From Vicugna vicugna (Eukaryota), in the NCBI GenBank assembly GCA_013265495.1, contig MU061578.1:3047308-3111307 (forward strand): a stretch of 64,000 nucleotides of DNA. The letters are read 5' to 3'. Position 1 is the first letter of the stretch. Each line of letters starts with the position of its first letter. This document shows positions 10,901-25,530 of this stretch, in pieces. The notes under the pieces are model-generated. The model did no database searches. It saw only the letters and a list, made by a program, of their open reading frames with translations, and was not told where the DNA came from. A program made the position numbers and the translations under genes.

Positions 10901-11989
10901 GGCAGGTCCCATTACCACGACCTGGGCTTCAGTGGCTTTCAGGTCAGCTCCGTTTTCCCTCACATACGGGATTTAACTCCCATTAGGAATCTTTCAACCT
11001 CAGTGCTGCCTGCACAGTGGATAAGTCAGCCATTGCTGCATAGGTTGTTGAGAGTAATTAAAACTATATTAGTGCTAAAACAGAATGTCCATGTTGTCTC
11101 TCGCCAGGATCAGATCTTCATGCCCTCTTATTAGGGCAGCGTCTGTTAGACAATTGGCATAGTAACCCGAAGCTCACCTGACGGTTACTCATCTATAGAG
11201 GTGACCACTCACTACAGTCTGCCTTACTGAGCAAAAGGCAAGGCAGAGTTTAAAAGGGGAAAGAACATTGTCGGTCTGTGAGAGTTCCCAGCTCCCCCAT
11301 GAATTGATTGCCTGGGAGCTGACTGATAAGTTATCAGGGTAGACAACTGCAATTACTTGCAACCCTGTGATTTCAGCTGAGGAGCTTGTGTGGTGAGCTC
11401 ACCTCCACCTACAGCTGATAATGTCCTGAGCCACAACCAGGTCACACCGCGGTTACAGCAGCTTAGATGAAGGCAACAAATACTGAGTGTCTGCTGGGCA
11501 CCAGGCATGGTACCAGGTGCTGAGAATATAGCATTCAACAAACAGAATTCCTGTCCTAAAGGATCTCCAATTCTACGGAAGATATAGATAATAAGTAAGA
11601 TAAGTAAGCAAAATATGGAGCTTGCTAAAGAGACAATACAGAGCAGGGAAGGGTGAAATGGAAATGACCCTGTTGTCAACTGAGTGGACATTTCTTTGGG
11701 TATTTTACCAGTTCTCTGAGTCCTTGTCACACTGGTTGGGTGCTTTTGGCTTCAGGTGTCAAGTGTCCATTAAAACTAGTTGAACCACTGGAGGAGTTCT
11801 GCTGGCTTTCATTCAGGGAAGTCCAGGGGAGCAGAAATAGATGGGGCCTGGGGCTTAAATGAAATCATCAGGATTTCGTGATGGCAAGTGTAGGTCTTAC
11901 TGGTCCCCCACCCTCTCACAGTCCTTCTCTTTGCCCTATTTCCCTCTGTGTTGGCTTACTTCTTAGTTTACTGCCCCTGTCCTACCTAC

Positions 11990-12492
11990 TTGTATTAATT
12001 ATCTTCTGTGGAACAAGTCAACACAAAGTTTAATGGATTAAAACATCAAACATTTATTATCAATTTTTGTGAGTCAGGAGTTTAGGAGTGACTTAGGTGA
12101 TTATGTTTCAAGGACTCTCCTGGAGTTGCAACCAAGATACTGGCTGGGGCCTCCATTATCTAAAGTCTTGATTGGGACCAAGGATCTGACTCCAAGCTGA
12201 CTTATTCACTCAAGGCCTCAGTTCCTTGATGGCCTTTGGCTGGAGTCTTTATTTCCTAGCCTAATGGGCCATTCCTTAGGGCCCATGTCCTCACATGGCA
12301 GTTGTCTTCCCTCAGAGCAAGAGGTTAGAGGGGAGAGGGAGGAAGATGGGAACCACAATACCTTTTATGATCCAGTATTGGAATTCTGTTGCTCCAGCCA
12401 CATTCTGTTTGCTGACATCACTAAGTACAAAAGACTTTGTCTTTGAAGAGAGGCACATCAGAGAGCTTCTGGGCATATTTTAAATCTACCAT
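11990..12492. mobile_element. MaLR (MLT-like) LTR
   Basis: TGTATTAATTATC...TTAAAACA..AACATTTATTATC...GGGTCAGGA-like text ending GGCATATTTTAAATCTACCA. Confidence 0.5.
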
Positions 12493-15400
12493 CTCACTTA
12501 CCACTCCTGTGGGAAAAGACTGCCTATTCCTTTTAATTCCAGATAAAGTTCGAGACCTGTTGTTCAGTTGTGTCCTAATCACCATGAATCTGATTAGTTA
12601 GCTAGGCCTGGGCAAAGAACCCTTCCCAAAGTTAACAGAACTCACAGAGCATGTGAGAAGGTGGATTTAGTCAGTGAAAATCCAGATGCTGTTATAGAGA
12701 AAAGGAATGGATGTCAGGTGATCAAATTGACCCCCACATCTGATATATGCTCTCTATTTCAAGTCAGGTTGTAAAGCCAGGTGCTCCTACAAGATGTAGA
12801 TTTCAAAGAAAACAGTAAATAAATACTTTAATAAATTACTCTTCCAAGAAAAGTTTATGAGCAGAGCATAGTAAGAATTGGATGTTTATTCAGACAGGTG
12901 AATGTGTGTGTTTATTTTATGCCAAGCAGTATGCTTTGTCCTGGAAAAACAGACAATATACAAGTGATGCCGTCTGAAATTCCTCACCATCTGAGGGAGA
13001 GGTCTCACCAGTGGCTCACTGAGTACGGAGGAGGTGGGGGGCGTCTGGTTTGAGTGGGCTTTGAAAGCCCAGTTGCAGTTGCTAGATGAAGGTGAGCAGA
13101 GGAACAGCAGGTGCAGAAAGATTGGCCTTGTGACTGGGGAACAGAGGCTGGGTAGAGGGTTTGGGGACAGATGACACTAGAAAGACGTGCAGGCAGACTC
13201 AGGTGTCTGGGCTTTGCTCTAAAGTTGTGAGGAGCTGCTCGGGGGTTTCAAGCAGGAGAATGACATGATCAGGAGATACTTTAGAAAAGTGTCTCTTACA
13301 GCATCAAGGAAATAATATTTGAGAGGGCTACAGTAGTCCATGTGAGAAGTTATAAGGATATGACCTAAAGCAGTGGCCCTCGAAAGGAGGAGCTAAATTG
13401 AAGAGATGAGTTATAAGAGATAAATTATGTTATAATTGAAGTGATAAGTTGGAATCTACAGGATTTGACGGATGTTTCAAATTTACTGTATACCTCACTC
13501 AAAATCAGTCTTTGTCAAATCCTTCACGGAACTTAGGTTGTCTGGATGTAGTGTCAAAAAAAGAAGAATGCCGATTCCTAGATGAATAACCAGGAAGCAG
13601 ATCAAGTGACATATCTCTAATTTTAAAAAAGTCAGAGAGGATTTTTAAAATAATTGGAGGTGGGGCCTAGGGAGAAGTGTGGTGGTTTGCAGGTGAAAGT
13701 GGTTGGCTGTGTGTTGGTGGTTGTTGAATTTGGGTGATGGATAAATGGGACTGGTGGGGTCTCCTTTTGTGCATGTTGAAACATTTACATGATGAAAGGT
13801 TTTAAAAAAATAAATAATAAAAATTCAATCAATTGAAATTAAAGACCTCCTTGTCTTATAGGGTTGGTCACAAATGATCAAATAAGGGTTATTCTTTATC
13901 TTTTCAAAAGCTTCTGCTCCCCCCAGGCCCCTCCCCTTAATGTTAGGATGAGAAGAAACACTGATTTGTGGCGGGGGAATCAAAGCAAATAAAATCTGCC
14001 TTTGAATTCAGGAAGAAGGCTTACTCCATGCTATAAACATACAGAACTTTATTCTGTGTAGTAGTTACTAGTCTGAAATGCAGGTAGATGTTCATCCTTA
14101 ACTTATTTTAGGCAGTATGTGTGAGCTCAGGTACTCTGAAAGTTCTGCAGTCGTGTAAAGGAAAAGCTGTGTGCTAAGGGTTGGTTCCTAGATGCTGACT
14201 GTGTGTCCTGTGAAACATTTGCCTTTATCCCGGAACCATAAAATTTTAAGGCATGAAATTTTAAATTTTAAATTTGTTCTCATTTGAAATATGATTAAGG
14301 GCCTGTTCTTTGTCTTGAGATTATTTGCTTGGTGAAGAGAGGGCATAGTTGTTCAGCTGTAAACAACTGAACACTATAGCTGTCATTGTCTGACTTCTGC
14401 TTTGCTCAGCCAAAAATCCAGTGCTGCCCATTTGGATTCTGTGGGTGCCTCTCAAATACCTCTGGCTGAACTGCTGTCAGAACACTTGGGCCACTCGGCT
14501 GGGAGCAGGCCTCCTACTGTGAACGATGTTCCTAAATCATTTGTATATATTACAGTCAGCTCTGGGGACAAGCATTTGGGCACACGTGCTGTAAGATCGA
14601 TGACAGAGCATGAGGTCTGTGCAAAAAGTGCCTTGAGTGAAAAGAATGGTGAGCACTGTCTTAGTCACCTTCTGGTCCAGGGACGGCCCCATAAAGCCCT
14701 CTCCCCTGTCTAACTGACACCTCCCCAGTGTCTGCCACTTGTTTGGCATGGGGACACAGCTGAGTCCTCCTGCCCTTAAATAGCTCTTAGTTGCCGACCA
14801 TGGAAAGAGGATCATGAGTGCTTGGAGAGAAAAAGGCTGAGTTCTCTGGGGGTGGGGGGTGGCTAACCCAGTCTGGCCAACAGCGCTCACACGGAACTCT
14901 CTAAGGCTTTATGCTGGTCCAGCTGAGGCTTGGAGGACTCAGAGACAGGGCGTCCAGGTGGGCGACTGGCGTGGGAGGTACTGAAAATCAGTGTCCCTTA
15001 CTCCCACATCATCGTGAGGATAAGTAGGCAAAGGCAATTTGCAGACAGGACAATACAGATGCCCAGAGGGTACGTGACAAGACGGAGCATGTTCTGTTCT
15101 ATGTAATTCCTATCTTTTAGAAAATATTGCAACCCAGTGTGAATTAGGGGTGGGAGCTCCCCAAGAAAAGGAAGAAATCTGCTCTCCTCTCACCCATACC
15201 TTTAGGGGTCACTCCAGACCTTATCTGTGTGCAGTGCCAGAGTGGTGAGGTGGTCTTTTCATTGTTTTAATCTTTTGGCAAAATCCTTTCTGTGTCTGTT
15301 ACTAACTGTTGAAGCCAGATGGTAAAGTTAATCCATGATCAGAATCTTTTCCTAAGTATTCCTTATGTATTTTTTCCATTTAAAAAACTCGTCTGCCGTT

Positions 15401-15499
15401 TCCTCCAAGCCTCTCCTCTGCCCATTTAAGTGTATTTTTACCCTCCCCCTCTGTTTTCTAATTTGCAGTACCTTTGATTAAAATAATGCCTACTTTATA

Positions 15500-15610
15500 A
15501 ATTAGGAGTTTGGGATTAGCAGACAGAAACTGCTATATACAAAATAGATAAACAACAAGATCCTACTGTATAGCATAGGGAACTATATTCAATACCTTAT
15601 TAAAAAAAAA
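15500..15610 (+). mobile_element. Short LINE-1 3' UTR fragment
   Basis: Matches the 3' UTR of the L1 in this window at ~43010-43100 (GGAGTTTG.GATT...AAATAGATAAACAA...GTATAGCA.AGGGAACTATATTCAA). Confidence 0.7.
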
Positions 15611-15977
15611 GTCTACTTTGTGAAATTGTCACCCTACTGAGGTCAAGTAATGCACAGAGTAGATATTTTTGTATCAGTGGTAGAAAGTGTTCCATTGTCT
15701 GTACTGGAATTTCTTGGCAAGTTGAAGTGGACTTCGTAATTCCCTCACAAAGATCAAGCTGTACTATCAAGCTCTCAAAATTCTCCTCCAAAACCAATGT
15801 GAAGACTTTAAGGCATGCAGTGAAAACTAAACAAAAATTCTCCTTACTTTAAAGCAGTTTTTAAAATATGCAAACAACCTTTTTGATTGAAGTGCTTAAT
15901 TTTCAAAGTCTGATTTTGATTTGTTGTCTGAAAATTCCCTTAAAAGAATGCTATAAAATTCAAAATTTAAAAATTGA

Positions 15978-16300
15978 GGGGAGGGAGAGTATAGCTCAGT
16001 GGTAGAGCACATGCTTAGCATGTACAAGGTCCTGAGTTCATTCGCCAGTAAGTCCATTAAAAATACACCGAACTACCTCCCCCCAAAAAACCAAAACAAA
16101 CAACTTTAAAAAAATTGAGGGGGGATTGTTTCTTATTAAAGTACCCTGACATGATCTTTTTTGCAAAAAAAAAGAAGTTACCAAATTTTAGATGAAAAAG
16201 TTGGGGGTGGGTCAGTGGTCGAGCACGTGTTTAGCATGCACAGGATCCTGGGTTCAATCCCCAGTACCTCCATTTAAAAAAATTATATTAAAAAAAAGTT
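15978..16300 (+). mobile_element. Two tRNA-derived SINEs (~15978-16110 and ~16203-16300)
   Basis: SINE consensus head with A-rich tail; short TSD-like repeats AAAATTGAGG and AAAAAGTT. Confidence 0.8.
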
Positions 16301-18068
16301 AAACCCTTACTTTCATAATTTCTGTAGGACTGTCAATAATCTGTTCTGGCAACTTTCCTCCTGTTCTTGTTAGAATTTTTGTGCTTTCTTTACCCATTTA
16401 AAATAAAATTAGAGTGAGACTTTTTTATTTTTAAATTTTATGTTTTATCTGACTCAGTAAACTGTTCTCAGAGAAAGAACTCATGGGGAAAGAAGAGACA
16501 TCTTTATTTCCTTTCTGCAAATGCTGTGTATTCCTGCCCCTTCAAATGTTAACTCTCTGTGCAACTATTGTTGGATTTTATTGTCCTTCCTCACAGCAGG
16601 AGGGTAGGTTTGGTGCTTAAATGGCCCTGAGCAGACACACCCACAGGAGCTGGTAAGGTTCCCTGGTGCCCAGGGGAGAATCCTTAGAAAAACTTTAAAT
16701 GGGGACTCTGTTTATTTCTCACAGGTTATCCTTAGAGTCGTAGCTTTTTCCTTAATGTGTATCATGTTGATACATTTACTTTCTCATCCCTCACGTTTTT
16801 CTTTCTTTCTTTCTTGTTTTGTTTTACTTGGCATCGAATCAAAAAGTAGACTTTATAGTTATCATTTTAGAAGCTCAGAAGTGACAGGAGAAAATTCCAG
16901 CCTGACTGAAAATCCTGTGGATCAGCTTCAGATTTCTGTCCTCAAGACCAGGAGCTTGTTAGAAATGACAGAAAAGAACATTAGATCAAGTGAGGTGAAG
17001 ATCCTAATCTCTTAACCTTTGGGTCTTTCTCTTTATTATCTTTTCTTTGTCTGTTGTATCTTAACCGCTTTCATTTTAGAAGAAAACTTCTTAATCCTTT
17101 CTGTATCTGGGAAGCGTTCATTTAATTTCGTGTATATGCGTACAAATGTGGATTTTGTTTTCATTCAAGACTTACTGCTTTGATGTTCCCGAGGACCCCT
17201 GTTCTCCAGACTTCCTATGTTGAGTTTTGCTAGCGTAGAAATAGGCATTTTTATGTCCAGGTTGGACTTGCAGAGCCTGTCTTTCAAGTGGGCCTGACTA
17301 TTTAGAGCCCTTAGTTCCCAGGGGCTGTGGGTTGTTCCCACACTAGCAGGTGAGGAACTGATAAATACACGTGATTTCAGGGATGTGCTTTGTTCCAGGT
17401 GTATGGTTGCAGGTGCTTCATTGTGGTGTGAGAGGCAAAACACCTTTTAGGTTTCTCTTGCTCTCTCTTTATGTTGAAGTTCATAATAGCAATTGCAATT
17501 TGAAACAAAAATGAAAAAAGCCCCAAGTTTATAGAAACACTGATTCAGTTTAGGGAGAAACCTCGGGTACTGTGTTTTGAATCTGCCAGAGTCACGTTGG
17601 CATTTTGAGCCACTTCTGTTCCTTAGGTTGTGAGCCAGGTGCCCCATAACACGCCAGGCTCTGGTTCAGCCTTGTCCCGGGTGCTCTGCAGAGTGGAGGA
17701 ACGTGGAGACCCTGCCCAGCAGTGCCTCCCAGGGCTTTGAGACTTCTGCTGACCCTGCTCCTGACAGCAGGCCAGAGGGAAGACACCCTGGGGAATCAGG
17801 AAGCTTCTCTGCTCCCAGCGGAGAAGGACTGTGTATCCCACTCCCAAATCCCCCGGTAGATGTCCGTGCTCACCTTGCAACTTCTCCGCCAGCTAGGGGA
17901 TCCAGTCGGGGTAGGTAGGCTTCATGCAGAGGGACTTTCTTTGAGCTGTGTCCTGTGAAATGAAAAAGTACTCATCTCGGGAGCCCACTCTTGGGCTAGA
18001 AACTCTAAGCTAACTCTTGGATTGAGAAAGTTTTTTGTTCTTGTTTGTTTTTTCAAAAATAGACAAAT

Positions 18069-18195
18069 TGGGGGAGAAGGTATATAGCTCAGTAGTGGAG
18101 CACATGCTTAGCATGCATGAAGTCCTGGGTTCGATCCCCAGTATCTCCATTAAATAAATAAATAAAAATAAATAATTCCCCACCCCCCAAAAATA
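18069..18195 (+). mobile_element. tRNA-derived SINE (Vic-1-like)
   Basis: Consensus head, (TAAA)n tail, and TSD-like AAAATAG(A/C)CAAAT on both sides. Confidence 0.85.
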
Positions 18196-18341
18196 GCCAA
18201 ATGGCCTGACTCCTCATGGTGACTGCAGGGCCAGCACCAGCCTGGAAGGCCGCGGCGATTCACTCTGGCTGGTAGGCCTCCTGAAGCTCTGCACTGGGTC
18301 AGGGGAGTGTGGGGCCTCCTGTGCACATGCGCCTCTCCTGC

Positions 18342-18863
18342 TGTTACTGAGTCCAAAATCGTTCTGCTTGCTGCACGACAGGCCAGTAAATCAGGAGATG
18401 AGGTGCTGGGACAAGGAATAGGACTTTATTCATTTGGAAAGCCAGCAGACAAAGGAGAAGGGACTAATGTCCTGGAGAACCATCTTCCCCAAGTCAGAAC
18501 TCAGGCTCCTTTTATACTAAAAGGGGAGAGGTTGTGGTTGGTTGTTGCAAACTTCTTGGTGTCTGAAATCTTTGTTCTTGCAGCTGTCCAGGTAGGTCAG
18601 GTAAGGAGGTTCCTGGAAACCTCCAATGCTGACAAATGTTACTCTCTGTTCTGTAACTTTTTATCTGTAAATATGAACGGAAAAATGTTACACCCTATAA
18701 AGGTCAGAGCCTTGAGAATGGGCTGCCCTGTATATTTAAGGCTATTGGTATCATTCTTTTACAAAAGGTGCAGAACCAGCATGACTAAGCACAGGAAACA
18801 GAGCACAGGCTTAGACAAGGGAGCAGATCCAATATGGAGTCAGATCTGTTCTTCCCTGTTACA
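18342..18863 (-). mobile_element. Solo ERV LTR
   Basis: TGTTAC...TGTTACA termini, minus-strand AATAAA (TTTATT ~18425) and minus-strand TATAAAA (~18509). Confidence 0.6.
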
Positions 18864-19549
18864 CTTAGGGCGAGCACACGGCAGTGAGAGCTCCCAGCCC
18901 TTGGGCACCTCTGGTTTCAGCGACCCTTCCTGAACTCTGGCATTTGCTTTGTGCCTTAAGTGTTTTGGGGGTATTCTTGTCAACAAGTTGTCGTGAGGAA
19001 CTACAAATATCTCCTCCCCCCCCTCCCGGTGGGAAAGGAGAAGAGTCCTGATGGTTTTCAGAAAACCCGTCATTATTTTGAAATAGTAGGATGTCGGGGG
19101 TTTGGCTGTTCTTTCAGATGTCTTCAAGTTGCAGCAGAACTCCTCTGTGATTGATATCCTGCCAAGAACAAACAAAACAAAACAGAAAAAGCTCCCTGCC
19201 TTTGGAACCAGAGCTCGGTAATAAGATGGCTTTGAGACATTCCCCAGGGCTGCCCCAGGGGAAGCTCTGACCCCTGCGCCCCCTGCTAAGGTTTTGTTTC
19301 TTTTTTGATCTTTTTAAACTGTTTCTTTTGAACTAATTATAGGCTGAGAGGATGTTACAAAAATCTGGCAGAGCTGTCCCCATGCCCTTCAGGCATTTCC
19401 CACATGGTGACACCTTATGTAATAACCAGCATGTTATCAAAAGCAGGAAGTGGACGTTGGCACAATGGAGTTCACAGCACTGCGGACCTTTGTCCTACTG
19501 ATTCCACCAGTTTTTACACCCACTCATTTGTGTGTGTCTCATTATATGA

Positions 19550-19690
19550 GTTTTTTTTAATTTTTATTTTTTTGGGGGGAGGCAATTAGGTTTATTTTTA
19601 AAATTAATTTGTTTAATGGAGGCACTGGGGATCAAACCCAGGACCTCGTGCATGCTAAGCACGCCTCTACCACTGAACTATACCCTCCCC
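19550..19690 (-). mobile_element. tRNA-derived SINE (Vic-1-like)
   Basis: Reverse-complement SINE consensus with a T-rich tail. Confidence 0.85.
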
Positions 19691-21414
19691 GCTGACATTT
19701 CCATCACAAGTAGATGTTTGTGCGGCCAGCAGCAATCGGCTGTGGAAGTGACCCACCTGACACGGGATCCTCGTCCCTGCTGACCCACCTCTGCCCTTGG
19801 AAACCCAGCAGAGGTGGAGGTTTCTAGAGCCACTGACCTGCTGGACATAATTTATTGTCCTTTCCTGAGGAAGTCAAGCAGTGAGGTTATCTCTCCATCG
19901 GTCTAACTCAGTTTATTTTTAGGTAAATAAAGTTCCTGGAGTTGAGTCTGTGTTCCCTACCCAGTTTTCTCTCATAAAGAACAGAAGCCTTTAGGGAAGG
20001 ATCAGGATATCTTTCACCTATTTGTTATAAAGTGTCTTTAACTTGGAACTCTGTTAATGATTAAAAGGAAAGGGAAAAAAAGGATTTGGAGGAATTCAAG
20101 TGAACCAGTGATTTATGTGGAAACAGTAAGTGAAAGTCCTTGGTCTTAAAGAGATCACAGCAAACCAAAGCTGTAAGACCAGTTTAGGGTTCAGCCTCCA
20201 GTCGTAAAATATCAGAGCTGTCACCCTACGCCAGAAACCTCCATCCATCTGTCCGTCTCAGAGGCACTGTTGCCTCCCAAAAGGTTCAGCAAGTCTGGGT
20301 TTCAGCTGAAATAGCTCCTGTGGCTTCTTTCCTTTGGCCTTGGTCCTACTGCCATCCTTCCAATGAAGCCTTTCAATACTCAGAGACATTACAAGGCAGA
20401 AGTTAGTATTTTGCTTTTCAAAATTGTTTATTACTGACCCCAAGGTAAAAATAACGCTGCGGGGTCAGACTGCCCACAGTGAGGACTTTGGGCAGAGCCT
20501 TTGGCGTGGCTCACCGTGTTCTGTTGTGCGGCCTGGGCAACTAGGTGGCTTGACCGGCAGGACTCAGAAGATGTGATGTGACACGTCCCCCTTAGCCCTC
20601 TCCATATAAAAGATGTGCTTCTTTTGGGGTAGTTGTGTTTATACTGTGTGCTCGCTACTGTCTCCAGCTTCTCCAGGGCACGGGTGAAAGAGTGTGGGGG
20701 AGGGAAAGGGGCCTCGACCAGCACCTGCAGGGCCCAGCCTGAGGGTGTTGGGCTGTTCACAAAATGGACAACGGACAACCTCCCAGCCAGTACTGGGAGG
20801 ATCCCACTGAGAGAGCCTTGGAGTGGCAGGGGCCTGGTGCCAGCAGCAGTGTCCCAATGAGACTGCTTTGCCAAGGGCCTTACTGTGGCCTCTGCCACCT
20901 CACATCCCTTATAGCCACTATTTTCTGAGTGTGAGTGTGGCTGGTCTTCCCGTCGGTTCTGAGTACTTACTATCTGATCTCTTTCCAACATATTCTCTTT
21001 TGACCTAAATTAGCTAACGTCTTTTTGACAGACAGGAACCTTGACTGGTGTAGAGGTTGGGTAAGAAGCCCAAGGTGCCTCAGATGGAAGGTGGTCTCCG
21101 GTCCCAGCCCCTCAGCTAGACTACTCTCCCATGTCTGGTGAATTAGATTAGGTAGAAACGGTTCCTAGATGGTGACCTCCCTTTTAAACAAGTATCCCCA
21201 CTGCCAAGGGGAAAAAAAGCCAGGCTGAAAAACCAGAAAAGGCTTCATACATGACATGGCATTTTCCATGGGCTTTGAGGGGTGGTAGGATTTGAAGGGG
21301 AAGGGAGTTTTAGGCAGACATAGACAACAGGAAACTGTGAGGATGAGGCTTTCCATGTGAGCAGCAGCTTTAAGTGCAGCACGTTATCACCTCCTGAACA
21401 CATTTTTAATTAGT

Positions 21415-21518
21415 GCTTTTTTTTTCTTAATGAATTTTTCTTTTAATGGATGTACTGGAGATTGAACCCGTGACCTCGTGCATGCTAAGCACACACTTGA
21501 CCACTGAGCTGTTCCCCC
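21415..21518 (-). mobile_element. tRNA-derived SINE (Vic-1-like)
   Basis: Reverse-complement SINE consensus. Confidence 0.75.
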
Positions 21519-21979
21519 ACCACCATTAATGCTTTTCAGACACTTTGAAAGGCTTATGTGTAGAAAAAGGGATTAGATATGATTCCAAAGTGCAGAACCT
21601 GGATCAGGAGAGAAGATTTTAGTTCTAGATATGACCGATTCCTGACAGCCAGGACATGCAGCAGGTGGGGCTCAACTTCCTCTTCCGGGAGCTGAGGTGT
21701 CACCACCATCTGCAGGGCTGTGGAAACTGTGTTTCCACTTCATTCGTGTACACTCAGGGTTCTGCTATATCTGCAGAATAACTCTACTATTATTTTTACT
21801 TCATGCTTGTCTTTAGTCAACTCACTTTTTCTGTTGAGATGCACTTTAAAAGAAAACACTGGAGGGGCTGAAGGCACAGAGCTGGAGGAGGGAACCGTGT
21901 CCCACCCACCCCCCTAGCCCAACCTGTAGCTCTCCCACCCCCATAACACTGACAAGTGTGCCACTGCTCCAGGAAACTG

Positions 21980-24235
21980 AAATAAATAATGGCCGAAAAT
22001 ACCTATAATTTGGCAAAAGTGGTACAAGTTGAGGAAGCTGAGCCCTACCCAGAGAAACCCATGCTAAGGCACATGATAATTAAACTTCTGAAAATAAAGA
22101 CAAAGAAAAAAATTTGGAAGCAAGAGAGAATTGACATGTTAGTTACAGGGAAAAGCAGTTCAAATGACAGCAGATTTTACATCAGAAACCATGAAGACCA
22201 GAAGGAAGTGGCAAGTGCTGGAAGGAAAAAACTTAACAAATATCAAACCTGGAATCCTATACCTGGTGGGTTATTCATCAGGAATGATGAAGAAATAATG
22301 GCATTATCAAATAAAGGAAGATTAATTTGTTGTCAGCAAACCTGCTCTAAAAGAGTGACTGAAGGAAATTCTTGAAACAGCAATGAAATGATAAAAGGAA
22401 GAATCTTGGAACATTAGGAAGAGAGAAAGAAGAATAGAAAAGGCAAAAATATGAGCAAATATAAAAGATTTCATTCTCTTGCACTTTCTAAATTATGTTT
22501 GATGATTGAAGCAAAACTAACATTGATGTGGTTTTCAGCGTGCGTAGAGGAAATGTTTAACACAGTTCTGTTACACCCAGGACTGGTTAGAGGACTTACA
22601 GTGGGGACTTTTCACTCAAACTAGTAAAATGCTGACACTGGGAGATTCTGATAAGTTAGGTCTGTCTAGTTAATATCCAGAGCAACCACTAAAAATCTAA
22701 TAGAAATACACTCTAAAGCACTGTAGACAAATAAAACTGGAATTCTAAATGATGTTCAAGTAATCCACAGGAAGTCAGGAAGAACAAAAGTTAGAAACAA
22801 AAAACAGGGAACAAACAACAAAAAGACAGATTAAAGGCCTAGTTTCCTTAAAAGTAAGTGGTCTGGGCAGGGACGGTATACTCAGTGGTAGAGTGCATGC
22901 TTAGCATGCACGAGGTCACGGGTTTGATCCCCAGTACCTCCACTATAATAAATAAATAAACCTAATTACTTCCCCTGACCAACCCCCCCAAAATAAGTGG
23001 TCTGAAAATACAGATTTGCAGAGTGAAGTTGAAAAACACAAAAACAAAAAAAAGCGTCATATGCTGTCTAAAAAAACCTACTTAAATGTGTGATATAGGT
23101 AGATTAAAAAAGCAGGATAGAAAGGGATATCATGCAAACATGAAGAGAAGAGAAGAAAAGGGGGGAGGATATACTCAGTTGTAGAGCTCATGGTTGGCTT
23201 GCATGAGGTCCTGGGTTCAACCCCCAGTGCCTTCATTAAATAAACAAACAAACCTTACCTCTCCCCCCTCCACCCCCCCTGCCGAAAAACCCAAACAAAC
23301 CAAAAAAGAGATGAGAATGACTAATAATACCAGATGGGGTAGAATTCAGAGCAGTAATTGCTTACGGACAGAGTAGGGTATTGTGCAGTGATTACAGGGC
23401 CAGGCCACACAAAATACAGCAGCCCTAAATACGTGTGCAAACAAACTGCAAAGCTGCAATTTCTTTAAAAACTAAACATACCATTTGGCCTCTGTGTCCA
23501 TGGGCTCCCCACCCATGAATTCAGCCAACCACAGGTTGAAATATTACCAGGGGGAAAAGTCCAGAAAGTTCTAAAAAGCAAAACTTGAATTTGCTGCATG
23601 CTGGTGACTACACAGCATTCTCTATGCAGTGGCTACTGTAGGTAATCGAGGGCTGACTTAAAGTCTACAAGAGGATGGGTGGACTTAAGTCGTGTGCAGA
23701 TACCACCCATTTTGTTTAAGGGACTTGAGCATCCGTGGATTTTGATACCCACAGCGGGTGGCCTAGAGCCAGTCCCCTGTGGGAACTGAGGGGCGACTGC
23801 TACTCAGCAATAAAAAGGCGTCAGTGTTGATACAGCAGCAGCAGAGATGAACCTTGAGGGCTTTGTGTTGAGTGAAAAAAGCCAATTGCAAGGTTCACAT
23901 ACTATGTGATTTCCATTTACGTAACATTCCCTAAATGACAACATTTTGGAAATGGAGAACAGATTGGTAGTTGCCAGGGGTTGAGGTGATGGATGTGACT
24001 CAGAGAGCACGTGGGGGACTTTGTGGTGACGGAGTAGTTCCGTATCCTGATAGACAGGAATCTACACAGGTGATGAAATGGCATAGAACCTGGAGCACAC
24101 ATTGTGCTGATGTCACTTTCCTGGCTTTGACACTCTGCTACAGTTGTGCTGTAACCGCTGGAGGGGCTGGGCAAAGAGGAGATGGGGTCTCTCAGGATGA
24201 CCTTTGCAACTTCCTTGTCACTGACAATATGCACA
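21980..24235 (+). mobile_element. Old LINE-1 fragments with nested SINEs (~22866-22990, ~23161-23300) and a DNA transposon
   Basis: ORF1-like PRHMIIKLLK.K.KKKI translation and L1M-type 3' UTR at 23800-24230. SINE TSD TAAGTGGTCTG at ~22855 and ~22994. Confidence 0.7.
23482..23799 (-). mobile_element. MER2-like (Tigger-family) DNA transposon MITE
   Basis: Minus strand begins CAGTCGCCCCTCAGTTCCCACAGGGGACTGG...TCAAAATCCACGGATGCTCAAGTCCCT, resembling the recalled MER2 consensus; imperfect terminal inverted repeats. Confidence 0.7.
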
Positions 24236-25434
24236 ACACTGGAATTGTATTCTTACTTTGCTTGACTTCCTTACATACTAGTTAAGTGTACATTAAAAGT
24301 ATGTTTACCTTTAGGGAAAGTAACACATTAAAGAAATATTCCTTAAATGTAACACCTTTTCAGTATGTATTCCTGCTTTGTTTCATACACAAATAGCATT
24401 TTACGATATGAATAAAACTATCAACTCTTATGGCCTCAAGGTGTATATAGATTCTGGAGTTTAACAAAATGTTCTCTTTATGATTTTATAACTAAGGACA
24501 TGCATTGTTTAGTGTTTCCCATCAGTCAAAAGACTTGTCATCACAAGTTGTTATTGAACCCGTTCTGCCAGTAATAGACCTTCCAGGACACTTGGTAAAG
24601 ATGCCATGTGTTAAAAAGTCATTTGGCCAGAAGACTATGTTTTTGGAACAACGGTAGGGAAAGTTGCTATTTAAACATTACTACGCTTTATTAAAACCAC
24701 TTCAGCTTATCTGAAGAATAGTCTGTGAGAAATGCTTGTTACTGTCGTTTAAGTGGAAGCTGACAGCCCCGAATGTAAAAAACAGTAAAATCAGATGAAA
24801 CGCACAGTTGTCTGGGGTAAAATATTACATGAAATTCTGTCACAGGAACAGAACCCATACGCTCCTAAATTTTCTAAATTTTATTTTGAATCATCACGTC
24901 AGTTAAAACTTGCAGAGTGAAAATAATTGCACACAAAAAAGCAATCTTAGAAAGGCGCACTTAAAATTCCTGGCGCAGAACATTTGATTATTTTGTTTTT
25001 GTTTTGAAATGACTGGAGATCATTATTCCTTAAGAAAATATTAATCTGTTTGTTGAAAGACACCTCCTATCTAGTGATTTATTAGGTAAGCACTCAAAAT
25101 TATTTTGACATAATGAAAGTAGAAATGAATTTTGTATGTTGTCTATGTTCCATTTTATCTAATACATCGTTTTTTGGGGCCTTCCCCTTCCTGCTTCTGA
25201 ATCCTGTCACAGAGACGTGTGGCAGCATAGTTATTTGAGCCAGGGTGTCCAAACCCAGAGCCAGGTCTTTGAGAGACCGACCTTCTGTTCCTGCGTGAGA
25301 TACATTGTTTATCTGATTCAGCCAGGAAAATTGTGTAGTAGAGACAAAAATAATTTGAGCCCATGTTTCCTTTAGTTTTCAGAGGTCAGATTTATAACTT
25401 GGTTATTCTAGTCACGTTTTAAAAAAAAGAACAG

Positions 25435-25530
25435 GAAGGGTATAGCTCAGTGGTAGGGCACATGCTTAGCATGCATGAGGTGCTGGATTCAAGCCCTAGT
25501 GCATACACTTAAATGAACAATTTAAAAAAC
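25435..25530 (+). mobile_element. tRNA-derived SINE
   Basis: GGGTATAGCTCAGTGGTAG..CACATGCTTAGCATGCATGAGGT head. Confidence 0.75.

Noticed and set aside
18307..18933. 208-aa ORF
   Set aside because: It lies almost entirely within a solo LTR, has a non-ATG start and shows no recognisable domain.
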